DNA of 64,000 nt from Azolla caroliniana (GCA_043228905.1 JBHGNT010000001.1:16678001-16742000), one strand, 5' to 3'; positions 1-12,660 are shown, numbered from the stretch's first letter. Numbers and translations are program-made. The notes: generated from the letters alone by a model not told the origin.

Positions 1-2248
1 CGGTTAACGGCTAACATCCGGTTTTCAACCGGGTATAAACTTTTGTCCTCAAGATGGTTTTCAATGGATGATCCGGAGTTCGTTACCTTCTTCTTCGACT
101 CCTAGTCGGCAATGGTCATGTCTTCCATGAAGACTATGTCCCGACTCCGGAACACCTGTCTATCGACCATATCCCACACCGGTACCCAAACTCATCATCA
201 CCGTATCCAAGGAATATGCATGGCCGGGACTTCGGATCTAGCTTTGCTCTCTTGTCCTTCGCCACATGCGCGTATGCAAGACACCCGAACACCTTCAGAC
301 GCCGGTAAGACACATCCTTACTGGTCCATACTTTCTACGGTGAGTCTCCTTCCAAGGGTACTAAGGGTGATTTGTTTATCAAATAGGTCGTTGACATCAG
401 CGCCTTAGCCCAAAATGCCTTGGGTAGCTTGGCATGTGCGAACATGCTCCGGACTCTCTCCATTATGGTCCGGTTCATCCTTTCGGCCAACCCGTTTAGT
501 TCCAGTGTCTTCGGCATGGTGAATTCGAGCTGGATTCCCTTCGATCGGAAGTACTCCTCGAATTGCCCCCGGTATTCTCCTCCGTTATTTGCTCGAACCG
601 CCTTCAGCTTCCAGCCGGTTTCTCTTTCCATTCTCATGTGGAGTTCCTTGAAGAAGGATAACACTTGGTCCTTCATCTTCAATGGTGAGACCCACAGCTT
701 CCGGCTATGGTCTTCTATAAATGTTATGAAGCACTGTGATCCAGCATGTGACTTCGTGTCAACTTGACACACATCGTTATGCACCAGCTCCAGTGGTACA
801 TTCTATCTGATCGGTGGTCTTGACCGGGAGGTACGGTTTTGCTTGCCGGCCAGACACTCAGTGTACTTCTCAAGTTGCATGTCCTTCACCGGAATGAGAT
901 TCTCTTCGGCAAGACTCTTCATCCCCTTCTCACTCATGTGACACAACTCACCGGCAGTGTCGGATGCTACGTTCACTTCTTCCCGGAATATCTGGGCATT
1001 CATCAAGTACAGTGTGTTGACCTTCCGGGCTCGAGCCACTATTAAGCTCCCTTTGCTGAACTTCATGACACCGTTCTAGATGCTACCTGTGTAGCCTTCA
1101 TCATCTAGCCACCCGGTTGATATGATGTTCAGTCAAACCTCCGGAACGTGTCAGACATCCTTCAGCAGCAACTTGCATCCGGTTGATGTCGTCAACAGCA
1201 CATCTCCTATGTCGATAATTCGGCATGTCCCTTCATTCCCCATCTGGACACAGCTGTGCTCACCGACTGTGTAGGATGAGAAGCATTACTGGTATGGGGT
1301 AAGGTGGAATGACGCTCTGGAATCGACAACCCACGTTGTCTCGTCGACGGCAAGGTTCAACTCACTCTCCTCGATGATGAGCATTAGTTCCTCTTCACTT
1401 GCCGCGATCACCATCGTTCCCTTCTGGTCCGGGCCTCGCCGATCCGAACCGTTTCGGTCCAGTGACTTCTTCGAATTAGTACTGTCGGTTCCCTTGTCCT
1501 TCCAGAAATGCTGACAGTTCTTATGGAAGTGCCCCGGCTTTCCGCAATAGAAGCAAGTGGGCCTCCCCCTTGACTTTGACCGTGTCCCCGACTCTTCCTG
1601 GTTTTGGGGACTCCGATTCCTTTGTCTTCCACGTTCCGATTTGGTAAGGAGGGCTTTGGTGTCAGATATTACCTCCTTGTCTTTCCGACGCGCCTCCTCA
1701 TCTAGCAAGCTCGACTTGACCCTTGCTAGGGATAACTGTTTTCCTTCCGGCCCGGCGTTGCCCAACGTGACAACTAACGTCTCCCAGCTATCCGGGAGGG
1801 AACCGAGCAAGAGTAGAGCAAGTACCTCATCGACGAGAGGTACTTCCAATGAGGTTGCTTGGTGTATCAGCCCCTAGAAGGCATTCATGTGCTCCGCCAT
1901 ACTGGAGCTGTCTTGGTACCGGAGCCTCACTAGCTTCCGAAATACCGAAACCCGATTGACGACATTCTTGTTCTAGAACATGATGTTGATCTTCTCCTAG
2001 AGTTCATGAGCCTTGCTCACTTCATTGAAGTTGTTGTACAAGCTCATTTCGATGAAGCATCGTATGTATGTCATCGTCTTCATGTGCATCACCTCCCACA
2101 CCGTGGTGTCGATCTTATCCGATCTCTTGTCCCCGAACTGAACCGACAACCAAAGATCTTTGACCACCAACATGTCCCTCATCTTCGACTTCCACATTGA
2201 GTAGTTGGAGCCGGTGAGCTTGAACATGCCGTCATAAGATTCTTCCAT
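1..2248 (-). pseudogene. C1 gag-protease-integrase, disrupted
   Basis: ORF fragments 1997-2248, 1286-1849, 803-1066, 335-784 in copia domain order with stops and frameshifts. Confidence 0.9.
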
Positions 2249-2277
2249 TTTCTGTGTTGTTCACTCTGATACCAGTT

Positions 2278-2826
2278 TGTAGAGAAATGCATGGAATGGT
2301 GCTCGGCCACAACAAAGTAGTAAATCACATCTATAAGAATAAAACACAGAAATCGGAAGTGGAGAATACAGAAGAAAATGACACAGGATGTTTACGTGGA
2401 AAACCCTAATAGGGAAAAACCACAGGAGACCACAGATTCCTAACTATCACTAGGAAGAGAAGGGGTACAATGAGAGACTCAGAGACAATGACCTCAAGCT
2501 CTATTTCTTCACATAGTGGTGGCTACAACAAAGTATCCCTCTGTATCTCTCTCTCTCCCTCTCACTCTATATATACATATACAACAATATGACAACAACA
2601 CAACAACCACACAAAGTGATTGCCCTAAGTCATATTTATAGTTATATGAACTTAGGGCTATTTACAAATATAGCCTCAATGGGCTTATTCAAGACATATT
2701 TACAAATCTATCTTCTCTTCTGGTTCTCACCGGGTCAACCGATCTGGTTTCCGGATCTTTTCCGGTTCTCAGCGGCTCTTCTTTATTCATCATCGGATCC
2801 CATCCGGAGAGACCGATTTCCCAACA
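2278..2826 (-). repeat. 5' LTR of C1 (~549 bp)
   Basis: Begins TGTTGGG at 2826, ends ...CTACA at 2278, 3 nt from the iMet PBS. Confidence 0.85.
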
Positions 2827-5075
2827 CTTCGGGAGTGGTAGGCCGCATTCTTCACAAGGTGGATGGCACTCTGAATGTGGCAGTGGAGCCGGAATTCCTC
2901 TTACCAGATCCCTAGCTCTCCGATGAAGTCCTTCTTTGCCAACTTCTACAGCCTCCATGTACTCCGCTTCCGTTGTTGACAATGCAACAAACTTCTACAG
3001 CCTTGACTGCCATGATATGGCTCCCCCTACATATGTCATGACATATCCGTATGTAGACCGTCTGGTATCCGCATCAACAGACATATCCGAATCCGTGAAG
3101 CCTTCGAAAAGGGGTTTACTAGAGCCAAATCGGAGGCACATACTTGAGGTGCCTTAGAAGTACTGGAGTATCCACGTGACCACAGTCCAGTGTTCTCTTC
3201 ATGGATTGCTCATGAAGCGGCTGACCACTCTGACAACATATCCGATATTCAACCAGGTACAAACCATTGCGTACATCAGACTTCTGCCGGCAGAGGCATA
3301 TGGTACCTTCATCATCTCCAACTTTTCTATCTTTGTTTTTGAGCTTTGTTTCTCGGATAACTTGCAGTTTGCCGGAAGTGTCGACCCGGCCTGCTTCATC
3401 CAACATGTTGAATCTCTGAAGCACCTTTGTCACATACTTTTCCTGTGATAGCCACAACTGCTTCTTCGACCAATCCTGAATTATGTGCATCCCCAAAATT
3501 TGTCTTGCCATACCCATATCTTTCATTGTGAATGACTGGCTCAAAGCCTTCTTCAGCATTCCGATTTTCATATGGTCTCGTCCGACAATCAGCATGTCGT
3601 CCACGTATAACTGTAGTATCAGGAAGTCTCCTTGGTCGAATTTCTTCACAAATACGTAGTGGTCGGCCTGCGTCTTTTGGTATCCTTGGTAAGTCATGAA
3701 GGAGTCGAACTTCTGGTACAATTGTTGGGGAGCTTGCTTCAGTCTATATAAGCTCTTCTTCAACCAGCACATGAGGTGCTCCTTCCCTTTCTTGACAAAT
3801 CCCTCTGGTTGTTGCATGTAGATCTCTTCTTCGAGGTCACCGTGTAGGAATGCCGTCTTGGCATCTAGTTGCTCTACCTTGAGGTTCATGCTCGCCATGA
3901 TGCTCAACACCGTCCGGATGGATGTCATCTTGACTACCGAATCGAAGATCTCGTTGAAATCCACTCCTTTCTTCTATTGAAACCCCTTCACCACAATCCA
4001 GGTTTTGTATCTCGGTGAATTTCCAGCGTCTCCCAGTTTTAGCTTGTACACCCATTTGTTCCGGAGTGCTCTTTTTCCTTTTGATAGCTCTGTCAATTCA
4101 TATGTGTGGTTCTCATGCAGGGAATCCATCTCATCCTGCATGACACTTAACCACTTGCAGTTGTGGGTGTCTCTCTTTGCTTCTTCTAAGCTTTTCGGCT
4201 CCCCCTCGTCGGTTAATAAGAGATGCTCTGCATCTAGAAATATCTGGGGTGGCCTTCTCTCTCTTAGAGGGTACCTCAATCCTTGGTTTCTTACCACTGG
4301 TTCCTATGTCTTTTCTTCATCCGAATCCGATTCGGGGACTTGTCTGGTTTTGGTATCCAATTCTTCTTCTTCGGTCGGTTTGGTGTCTTGTACGACTCCG
4401 GTCAGTTCTTCGAGTGTCATCCGGCTTCCGGCCGGATGGGTCCTTGTATCTTCCGACCAATCTCTGTCGGTCGACCTGGAGTTCATTGTCTTTTTCTCTG
4501 ACTCCCAATCGGCAATGGTCTTGTCTTCCATGAAGTCAATGTCTCGACTCCGGAAAACTTTCTTGTCGATCAAGTCCCACACTCAATAGCCGAACTCATC
4601 ATCACTGTATCCAAGGAATATGCATGCTCGGGACTTCAGATCCAACTTTGCTCTGTTATCCTTTGGAACATCCATGTAGGCATGGCAACTAAACACCTTC
4701 AGATGCCGGTATGACATGTCTTTACCGGTCCATACACTTTGTGGTGCGTCTCCATCCAAGGGTAGTGAGGGTGATCCATTTATCACGCACATCACTGCCG
4801 TAGTCACCTGAACCCAAAACATCTTGGACAATTTAGCATGTGCCAACATGCTTCCGACTCTCTCCATCACAATCCGATTCATCCTTTTGGCCAATCCATT
4901 GAGCTTCGGTGTCTTCGGCACGGTGAATTCGAGCCGGATTCCCTTCGATCGGTGGTACTCCTTGAACTGCCCCCGATATTCGCCTTCGTTGTTTGCTGGA
5001 ACCGCCTTCAGCTTCCGGCTGGTTTCCCTTTCCACCCTCGTGTGGAATTCCTTGAAGACAGATAATACATGGTCC
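2827..5075 (-). pseudogene. Host copia C2: integrase C-terminal part, RT, RNase H
   Basis: ORFs 4583-5035 (integrase), 3974-4297 and 3119-3964 (RT, LYVDD), RNase H (STTEAEY, KNAAYHSR) cut by the C1 LTR. Confidence 0.92.
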
Positions 5076-5561
5076 TATCACAAACATGAAAACAACTATG
5101 TCAAGATTCAAACTCTTGACCTGTTGTATTATAGTCAAGTGTTATATTGTAACCAACACTTTCAAGTACATGGTCGTGTTATCTACATTTTCGTAGATTA
5201 TCTATTCACGTTTTGGAGTAATTAGAAAGTTCTAGAACTAGAAGGTTCTAGAGGGTTATAGAATATTCTCCAAAATATTCTCTAGAATATTCTAATGCAT
5301 GTACTTCAACTCATAGTATAAATACTTGTAACCTCCTTGGTCCCTTTCAAGGAACTCAACACCAGTCATTGACACATCAATCTAGTATTCACGTTTTGCC
5401 TCATCTTTGTCTCCTTGATCATTATTTCTGTCTTCATGCCGTCATGTCACTCACAACATCTAGAGTTCCTAGCCTCATCACATCTAAGCTCCAAATTCAT
5501 CTGTCGCTCGTAGCCCCATCATCTGGCTCCGTCCTAGTCCGCGCTTCATGTGTCCGTGACA
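5076..5561 (+). repeat. 5' LTR of A
   Basis: Colinear with 35090-35813; TATAAATA near 5317; ends GTGACA. Confidence 0.88.
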
Positions 5562-5563
5562 GT

Positions 5564-5574
5564 TTGAATCCCTT
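5564..5574 (+). promoter_or_regulatory. Self-priming (Tf1-type) PBS of A
   Basis: TTGAATCCCTT is the exact reverse complement of AAGGGATTCAA (35600-35610), ~25 nt downstream of the LTR TATA box. Confidence 0.75.
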
Positions 5575-6088
5575 CCAACTTGAAGCACCACCCGTCTTTG
5601 TCATCGATTTTGCTTCTAGAGTTACCATCATCATTGTCCTTGCTTCTGGAGTTACCATCATCAACATCCTTGTCTTTGACGTCATTTTCAAAACCTCTTC
5701 GCCGAACCATCACCGTCATCAACACTACTTGTCTTCATTTTTAGGTATCATTTTGCATCATGGTTTTGGTGAGGAGTGCTTTTGATAGCTCACCTTCCTA
5801 GGTGGGGGTCACAACTGCTCACTTTCCTGGTGGGATCAGATCATTGATCGCTTACACTGCATTTTCATTATAGTTCAAGTCTCATGCCACTTTCTGTTGG
5901 CGAGGACCGATTTCGATCGCTCACCTTCTAGTTTCGGTGGGCATCAAAACCACTCCCTTTCCTAGTCGGGATCGCATGGGTTTCTCGCTACCGCTACCGT
6001 TTGTGCCGTGTTTCCGGTCAACCTCGACTATTTACCCTCTTATAATAGAAGAAGTCGAGTTGACTGCTTCACTTGCACTCCTTCACCC

Positions 6089-6326
6089 TGTTACCGGATG
6101 GCAAGAAGGCTTAAGGAGGTCCAAACCAGAGTGTGAAAAGGAAAGAGTTTATTCGGGAACTATTGTAATTAGTAGTATTAAAATATATAGTAATATATGA
6201 GAAGATGTGGACGGACGGACCGGAATCGGTATGCCGATTCGGATCCGGACCGATCCCGAAAAGGTGCCGGTTGGCACCGTTTTGTATTTCGCACTGGAGA
6301 CCTATATAAAGGCCCGGTTACAATGT
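6089..6326 (+). repeat. Truncated first LTR of B
   Basis: Near-identical to the first ~238 bp of 12889-13350; breaks after TACAATGT. Confidence 0.9.
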
Positions 6327-7305
6327 TCTTTGTAAGTGGACTTCTAGTTTCAGTTAAATAAATGTTACCATTTTTCCAATACACCAAGTCTCGATTTTCC
6401 ATGTCTTTATATTCCGCACAATCACGTAATCGATGTTCGAGGCTATCACACCACATGCATCGAGGTCGAAATGGTTCCCTTGACCTCGAAGTTTGACCAT
6501 TCTCAAGCTTTGCCACTTTAATTGTTAGATCTTTCATGCTTTGAACTAAATCATCAAGCAAAGACTCACTCTTAGTTTCGATCATTTCTCGTGGTTGATG
6601 GACCATTTCGTGTGATGGTTCTCGACCAAGTCTTTGAACTTTGATGTTTTGCTCAAGCCAATTTGTGATTCCCACATGTGGTATTTGTAGCATTGCACCA
6701 TTCCTTTGTATTCTTTTCATAAATTTATTACAAGCATTTGTTACCTCATTCCAATTTGCAATTATACCATCCTCAGTATTTGGTACTTCAAGCATGAATT
6801 CCAATTCTTTTCTATATCTCTTGTCAACTGCCTGCAAAAATAAAGCAACCTTTTGCCAAGACAAATAATTTCTTTCTTCTGGCTTTAGGTGTCCATACAT
6901 CCTATCAAACTCTTTTTCTGTGTCAGACACAGATAACCCTTTATCTTCTTTTAAGATCCATTCATGAAATGAACGCATAGTAACTCGAGAGAAATCCTCA
7001 CGAGCATATTCAGACACAAGTGCTTCTTTGAATGCATTCCAATCCAAACTATGCAATGCTTGTATTTCATGAATTCTATCTCTTAATTCCATGTCCACTA
7101 ATTTATAAAAGTTTGCTATCATATTGACATCATTTATACCAAACATTTCCATTTCATCATAATATATATTCACATACTTCGAAATATTTGTGCCATCAAA
7201 CATACCAATCTTCTCTCGGACTTCTCGTAAGGCATGAAATAATCGATCTTGATTCAACTTTTCAATAAACAACATTACCGGATCCATTGTACTCGTACTT
7301 GCCAT
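6327..7305 (-). pseudogene. gag of tRNA-Trp-primed gypsy W1, 3'-truncated
   Basis: ORF with IGMFDGTNIS and CMWCDSLEHRLRDC knuckle, homologous to W3/W4 gag; reads into the B LTR at the deletion junction. Confidence 0.85.
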
Positions 7306-7349
7306 GTTGATTTTGATCTTTACTTTAGATGTCTCTTCTACTTCCCCGT

Positions 7350-7367
7350 TTCACGTCGGGTTCACCA
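7350..7367 (-). promoter_or_regulatory. tRNA-Trp PBS of W1
   Basis: TGGTGAACCCGACGTGAA, complementary to the recalled plant tRNA-Trp 3' end; same motif at 24929-24946, 49218-49235 and 56935-56952. Confidence 0.8.
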
Positions 7368-7372
7368 AATTG

Positions 7373-8462
7373 TGTTGTGACGTGGCTCGCCTAGAAGCGT
7401 AGCGTTGCGTAGACAAAAGATATTGTGAAAGTGAGGAAGGAATCACTGGGATTATGGACGAAAGAGACGAAAGAGTAGAGATAGATAAATAGTGATCAAC
7501 AAGATATGACAAGATAGGATATAGAATGATATTTGAAGCAATAAAAGAGATTTATAATTATTTGATGAAAGAGTTACAAAAGTGGTTGTACACGTCGTTG
7601 AACCTCCGAACTTTGTCTTGCAAGGTAATCGCTCTTCTCTTTCTTGATCGTAGAACACTACAATCTTCACTTCAATATTTTGATGAAGGTAAGGCTCGAA
7701 CCGCCTCCCTCTTGTTGAGAGTTGAACACCACGATCGCCAGGCTAGAGCTCCACCTTTATCTTGAACTTCTTCCTTTCTTTCTCTATTTTATGGTATTTC
7801 TTATGTAATATATATTTGATTGATATCTCATACATATCTCCCTTTGATCTTCTCTTTCACCATTTAAATAGGTGCCCCCATGCATATGATGCATTGGAGG
7901 GTACAAGTCATGCATGTAGTGCATGAAATGCATGTGATGCATGATCACCATTTGGCGTTCATGCATTACATGTGATGCATGATAAACATCTCGCTCATTT
8001 TGAGCTTTTATGTATGAAACAATATATGCAATAAGAATAAACATGAAAATATAATCATAAATAGAAAGGGCCTAGCCTAATGGTAGGTGTGTTGACTTTG
8101 ATGTATGAGGTTGTCGGTTCGAGTCTCAACATACAACTTTATTTTTATATCATGAAGCAAATCCTTTATGTAATATAAAGTATATATAAAGTATGCTTTA
8201 TTTTATGTATATTACTAGTATAGAGTAAATGGTAAGATTTGAGAGTCATAGGGTGGGGTTATTGGTTCAAGTCCTCTCTTATTCGTGTAATATAATATAT
8301 TTATCTATATATATATATATATATTTTTACATATATATAATATTATCATATGTGTTGTTAATATTATCTTTATATATAAAACATGATCAAATGTTATTTT
8401 AGTTACGTATTTATCTTATTGTAGACTTTTAATGTGAAGCTTTCGTAGAAAATAAATCACGA
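7373..8462 (-). repeat. 5' LTR of W1 (~1.09 kb)
   Basis: Adjacent to the Trp PBS; near-identical to 31808-32894. Confidence 0.87.
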
Positions 8463-8923
8463 ATGGGAGCTGAACGGATCCAATGCATCCTCCGGTCATG
8501 GCTCACTAAGACCAAAAGCTTGATTGACGACAACTCTGTGCGTTGGTGGCAGAATTGGGCGCAAAATACGGCGGAACTCCAATTGCTCAGGGCGGACGTA
8601 GAAAACCGGCGGAAGGAGGGTGATGACTGTTATACGCTGACATCAGAGGACTTCACCGCCATAAGGGATGAGCTGGCCAAAGATTTCACAGCCCTGGCGG
8701 ATGAACAATTGGTACAGGTCCAGCAGCTCGTAGCTCAACTGGACGACGATCGGCTGGAGGGTCAAATCCAGTTTGAGAGCTATGAGCGGTCCCGGTGTCG
8801 GGAAGAAAAAGCGAGAAAGGCGGCAACGGTCAACCGTAGTGATGAGGAACTGTCGCTGGTACTAGGACCAGGCGGGGACCAGGCCGGGGTCAATCAGCCA
8901 GAGACAACTCTGACGGATGAACA
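8463..8923 (+). pseudogene. Duplicate of the B extra-ORF C-terminal part (continues 12661-12834)
   Basis: MGAERIQCILRSW... matches 32898-33536; split by element D. Confidence 0.85.
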
Positions 8924-11900
8924 TGTCAGAACCAAGGATAAAAGATAGAGTGATGGAAGAAGGATAGAGAAGAATGGATGTATAAGATAGACAAAGAAAG
9001 AGAATGGATACAAGATATGTAATGAGAGCTAAAGACTGGTGTTGATTTGATTTGACTTGAGAATACATGTATGCGCTTATTTATAGGTTCCTATAGAATA
9101 GCTTAGAGATTTCTAGAATGTTCTAGACCTAGAATGCTCTAGGACATTCTAGAACATTCTAGAATAATCTAGAGTTTTTACAATAATCAATGTAATACAA
9201 GAAGTAGCTTTTATTGTTTCATATAACAATAAGCTATCTTAATGGTTGAGGTTTTCAAGTATGAATTACAAGGTTCGAGGTTCAAGTCCGGGTGACGCCA
9301 TAATGGTCATGTGTTCATGACACTATCCCTCCTTCGAGAACGCCGAGTGGAAGTCAGCGTTAACATTGTTGGGCCAGGTTTGTTTGGATAGTGACGATGG
9401 AAGTCGTTGACCAGAGCTTCAACATTACAAACGTTATCGATGGGTTCCCAAGTGCGATCACTCGAAGGATAACCAAGCCAATCAACTAGATAATAATTAG
9501 AATCGAGAATAGCAGCTACCTCGTATTCGGGGCCGTCCACAAGTTGTACAGAAGGCGGTGGTGGCACGACACGATCAGGAATTAAAGAGGTGTGGCAAGG
9601 TTCCAAAAGAGAGCTATGAAAGACAGGGGGAAGCCGCATATGTGCAGGAAGGTTAAGACGAAATGTTGCATCATTAATCTGCGCCGTGATGACAAAAGGA
9701 CCTAAGCGTTGATAGTCAAGCTTAGCACACGGTCGGGTAGTCTTGATGTGACGACGAAGCAACCATACACGGTCACCAACCTTAAACAGAGACTTAAGAC
9801 GATGTCGATCGGCATTGGTCTTATGGTGTGCTTGCGCTTTCTGAAGATGTGACGATAACTCGAACTGGATTTGTTGTAGCAGGTGGAGGTGATGCGCTGC
9901 ACTAGGGTTTCGTGACACCTCCGGAAGATCCAGTATACACCATCGAGGGTGGTTGCCGGTGTAGGCAAAGAAAGGTGTAACTTTGGTAGAAGAGTGGACC
10001 GTGTTGTTGTATGCAAACTCAGCAAGATGTAAAATTTTACTCCAATCATCTTGTTTATAACTAATGAAACATCGAAGATATTGCTCGAGCGTCTGATTTG
10101 TGCGCTCTGTTTGTCCGTCAGTTTGTGGATGATAAGCCGAAGAGAGTTTGCAAGAGATTTTGAGGCCTGCCCATAGGTGCTTCCAAAAGTGTGAGATAAA
10201 TTGAGGACCTCGATTGCTAATAATATCATTCGGGAGACCATGATGGCGAAACACTTCACGCATAATGAGATCTGCAGTTTCTTCACTATTGATGGTCTTT
10301 ACACATGGTACAAAATGTGCCATCTTGGTGAACCGATCCACTACTGTTAAAATAGTATCAAAGCCTTTGGAAGGTGGCAGATCCGTAATGAAATCCATAG
10401 AAATAGACTGCCATGGCTTGTTGGGAGGGGGTAATGGTTGTAGTAAGCCATAAGGGTGATGCCGGGGTATTTTGGCGCGACAGCAGGTGTCACAAGTGCG
10501 AACATAATCTTCGACAAATTTTTGCAAGTGAGGCCACCAAAACGAACGTTTCACTAGCTCAATGGTCTTGGAAATACCAAAATGTCCAGCCATGGGGGCA
10601 TCATGACAATGTTCCAACACTTGAAGTCGGGGTGATCCGTCGGGGACGTAAAGGAGATTCTTGTAGAAGAGTAAACCATCTTGCCACTTGAAGTCCTGAT
10701 AATGTTGAGATGACCCTGGCAATGTGGAGCAAGATGGACGACTTGAACCACAGTGGGCTAAGACATCCTTAGCAAAATCATCCGAATGAAGTTGTTGCCG
10801 AATAGTGTCAAGAAGGGTAGAATCAAGTGGTGTGGCATAAATTGTTGTTACTTGTAGCTTTGATGGCCCGAGGAGAGTTTGCTTTTGATTGTCAAAGGCC
10901 GGATCTCCAGGTCGAAGTGCTAGATACGAACGCCGAGACAGAGCATCTGCTTTCCCTTGTTGTTTTCCGGGGCGAAAAATGATCTTGAAATCGAAACGCG
11001 TTAGAAATTGGGCCCACCGAGCTTGTCGTCTATTTAATACTCGAGCTGCTTGAAAATATGTGAGATTTTTGTGATCACTATAAATGATAATCTGATGAGG
11101 TGATCCTTCTAGAAAATGACGCCATTGCTCAAATGAGTCGACCACAACTAGTAACTCCTTGTCATGCACCTCATAGTTTATCTCCGAAACAGTAAACTTT
11201 CTCGAGTGAAACGCGACTGGATGTATCTGCCCGTCCTCGCCTGGTTGCGATAGGATACTCCCCAATGCAAAGTCTGATGCATCCGCCTCAATAGTAAATG
11301 GCTTTTCAGGATCAATATGTGCTAGGATGGGTGCTGATGTGAATGCCTCTTTTAGCTGCGTAAAAAAGCCTTGTCCGCTTCGATACTCCAAAAAAATGCT
11401 TGATTTTTCTTGGTGAGTTGAGTAAGGGGCAACACAATGCTTGAATAATTATGTATGAATTTGCGATAGAAGTTCGCAAATCCGAGGAAACACTGGACAT
11501 CCCGAACTGAGCATGGGGGTTTCCATTCCAATATTGTTTGTACTTTTGCCGGGTCCATGAAAACACCCTGGGATGAAATAGTGTATCCCAAAAATTCGAC
11601 TTGTTTGCAATCAAAACTGCATTTCTCAAGTTTGGCGTAAAGACCATACTTCCTTAGGCGTTCAAGTACTTGCCGCACATGTATATCATGCTCCCCCTGT
11701 GTTTTAGAGTAAATCAATAGATCATCTAGGTAGATGATTAGAAAAATATCCAAGAAATCCCGGAAGATGTCATTTGCCATATGTTGGAATACGGCAGGTG
11801 CATTTGTGAGCCCGAATGGCATGACTGTATACTCGAAATGACCATACCGAGTACGAAATGCTGTTTTCCACTCATCTCTCGGCCGAATTCGAACAAGATT

Positions 11901-12660
11901 ATATGCACCCCTGAGATCAATTTTGGTAAAATGCTTTGCCCCACCAATGCGTTCTAAGAGATTGGAGATTAAAGGTAAAGCATACCTATTCCTTATGGTG
12001 ACTTTATTTAAGCCTCGATAGTCCACGACCAAACGAAGGGAGCCGTCCTTTTTCTTCACAAAAAAGATAGGAGCACCAGCTGGAGACTTTGAATGTCGAA
12101 TAAACCCATGTGCAAGATTTTCCTCGATGTATTCTCGAAGAACCTCAAGCTCAGTGGGTGATAAATTGTAAATCGGACCCCACGGAGGCTCTTTTCCTGG
12201 TTGGAGATCAATAGGACAGTCGTACGGCCGATGCTTTGGAGGAACACTAGCTTTGACTATGTCGAAAACATCAGCATAGTCTTGATATTTTTTGGGAATT
12301 TGGATGTCTGAATTCCCTTGAGTGACACTAGAAGGTGTCACTGATACTTTTATCCTTGGTTCTGATAGTTTGATTCGAATTGATTTGAGAATACATGTAT
12401 GTGCTTATTTATAGGTTCCTATAGAATAGCTTAGAGATTTCTAGAATGTTCTAGAATGTTCTAGACCTAGAATGCTCTAGGACATTCTAGAACATTCTAG
12501 AATAATCTAGAGTTTTTACAATAATCAATGTAATACAAGAAGTAGCTTTTATTGTTTCATATAACAATAAGCTATCTTAATGGTTGAGGTTTTCAAGTAT
12601 GAATTACAAGGTTCGAGGTTCAAGTCCAGGTGACGCCATAATGGTCATGTGTTCATGACA
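8924..12660 (-). mobile_element. Element D: Tcn1-like chromovirus lacking gag/protease
   Basis: 3' LTR 8924-9322, PPT GAAGGAGGGATAG 9323-9335, truncated 5' LTR 12370-12660, TSD GAACA/GAACC. Confidence 0.9.
9307..12341 (-). pseudogene. D pol: RT (YLDD), RNase H, integrase, chromodomain; one frameshift near 11390
   Basis: ORFs 11352-12341 and 9307-11391; ADASD, HHCC, TDGQTER, EYEVAAILDS...WLGY...TWEP. Confidence 0.93.

Larger units (their letters stand above)
1..2826 (-). mobile_element. Ty1/copia element C1 (Tnt1/Tork-like), 5' part; runs off the left edge; inserted in RNase H of C2
   Basis: 5' LTR 2278-2826 (TG...CA on minus), PBS TGGTATCAGAG at 2264-2274, decayed gag (CFYCGKPGH knuckle), protease (WVVDS), integrase (LNGLAERMNRT). 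Confidence 0.92.

Noticed and set aside
6178-7305. 375-aa host gene
   Set aside because: It is W1 gag reading through a deletion junction into antisense B LTR.
7784-8044. His/Met-rich small protein (also 32218-32478)
   Set aside because: Translation artefact of CATG repeats inside an LTR.
8068-8134. Functional tRNA gene
   Set aside because: A/B boxes are present but no convincing acceptor stem or full cloverleaf; reported only as a tRNA-like module.
11385-11400. Programmed frameshift in D pol
   Set aside because: Falls in a T7 run inside the RT-RNase H connection; more likely a slippage mutation or sequencing error.
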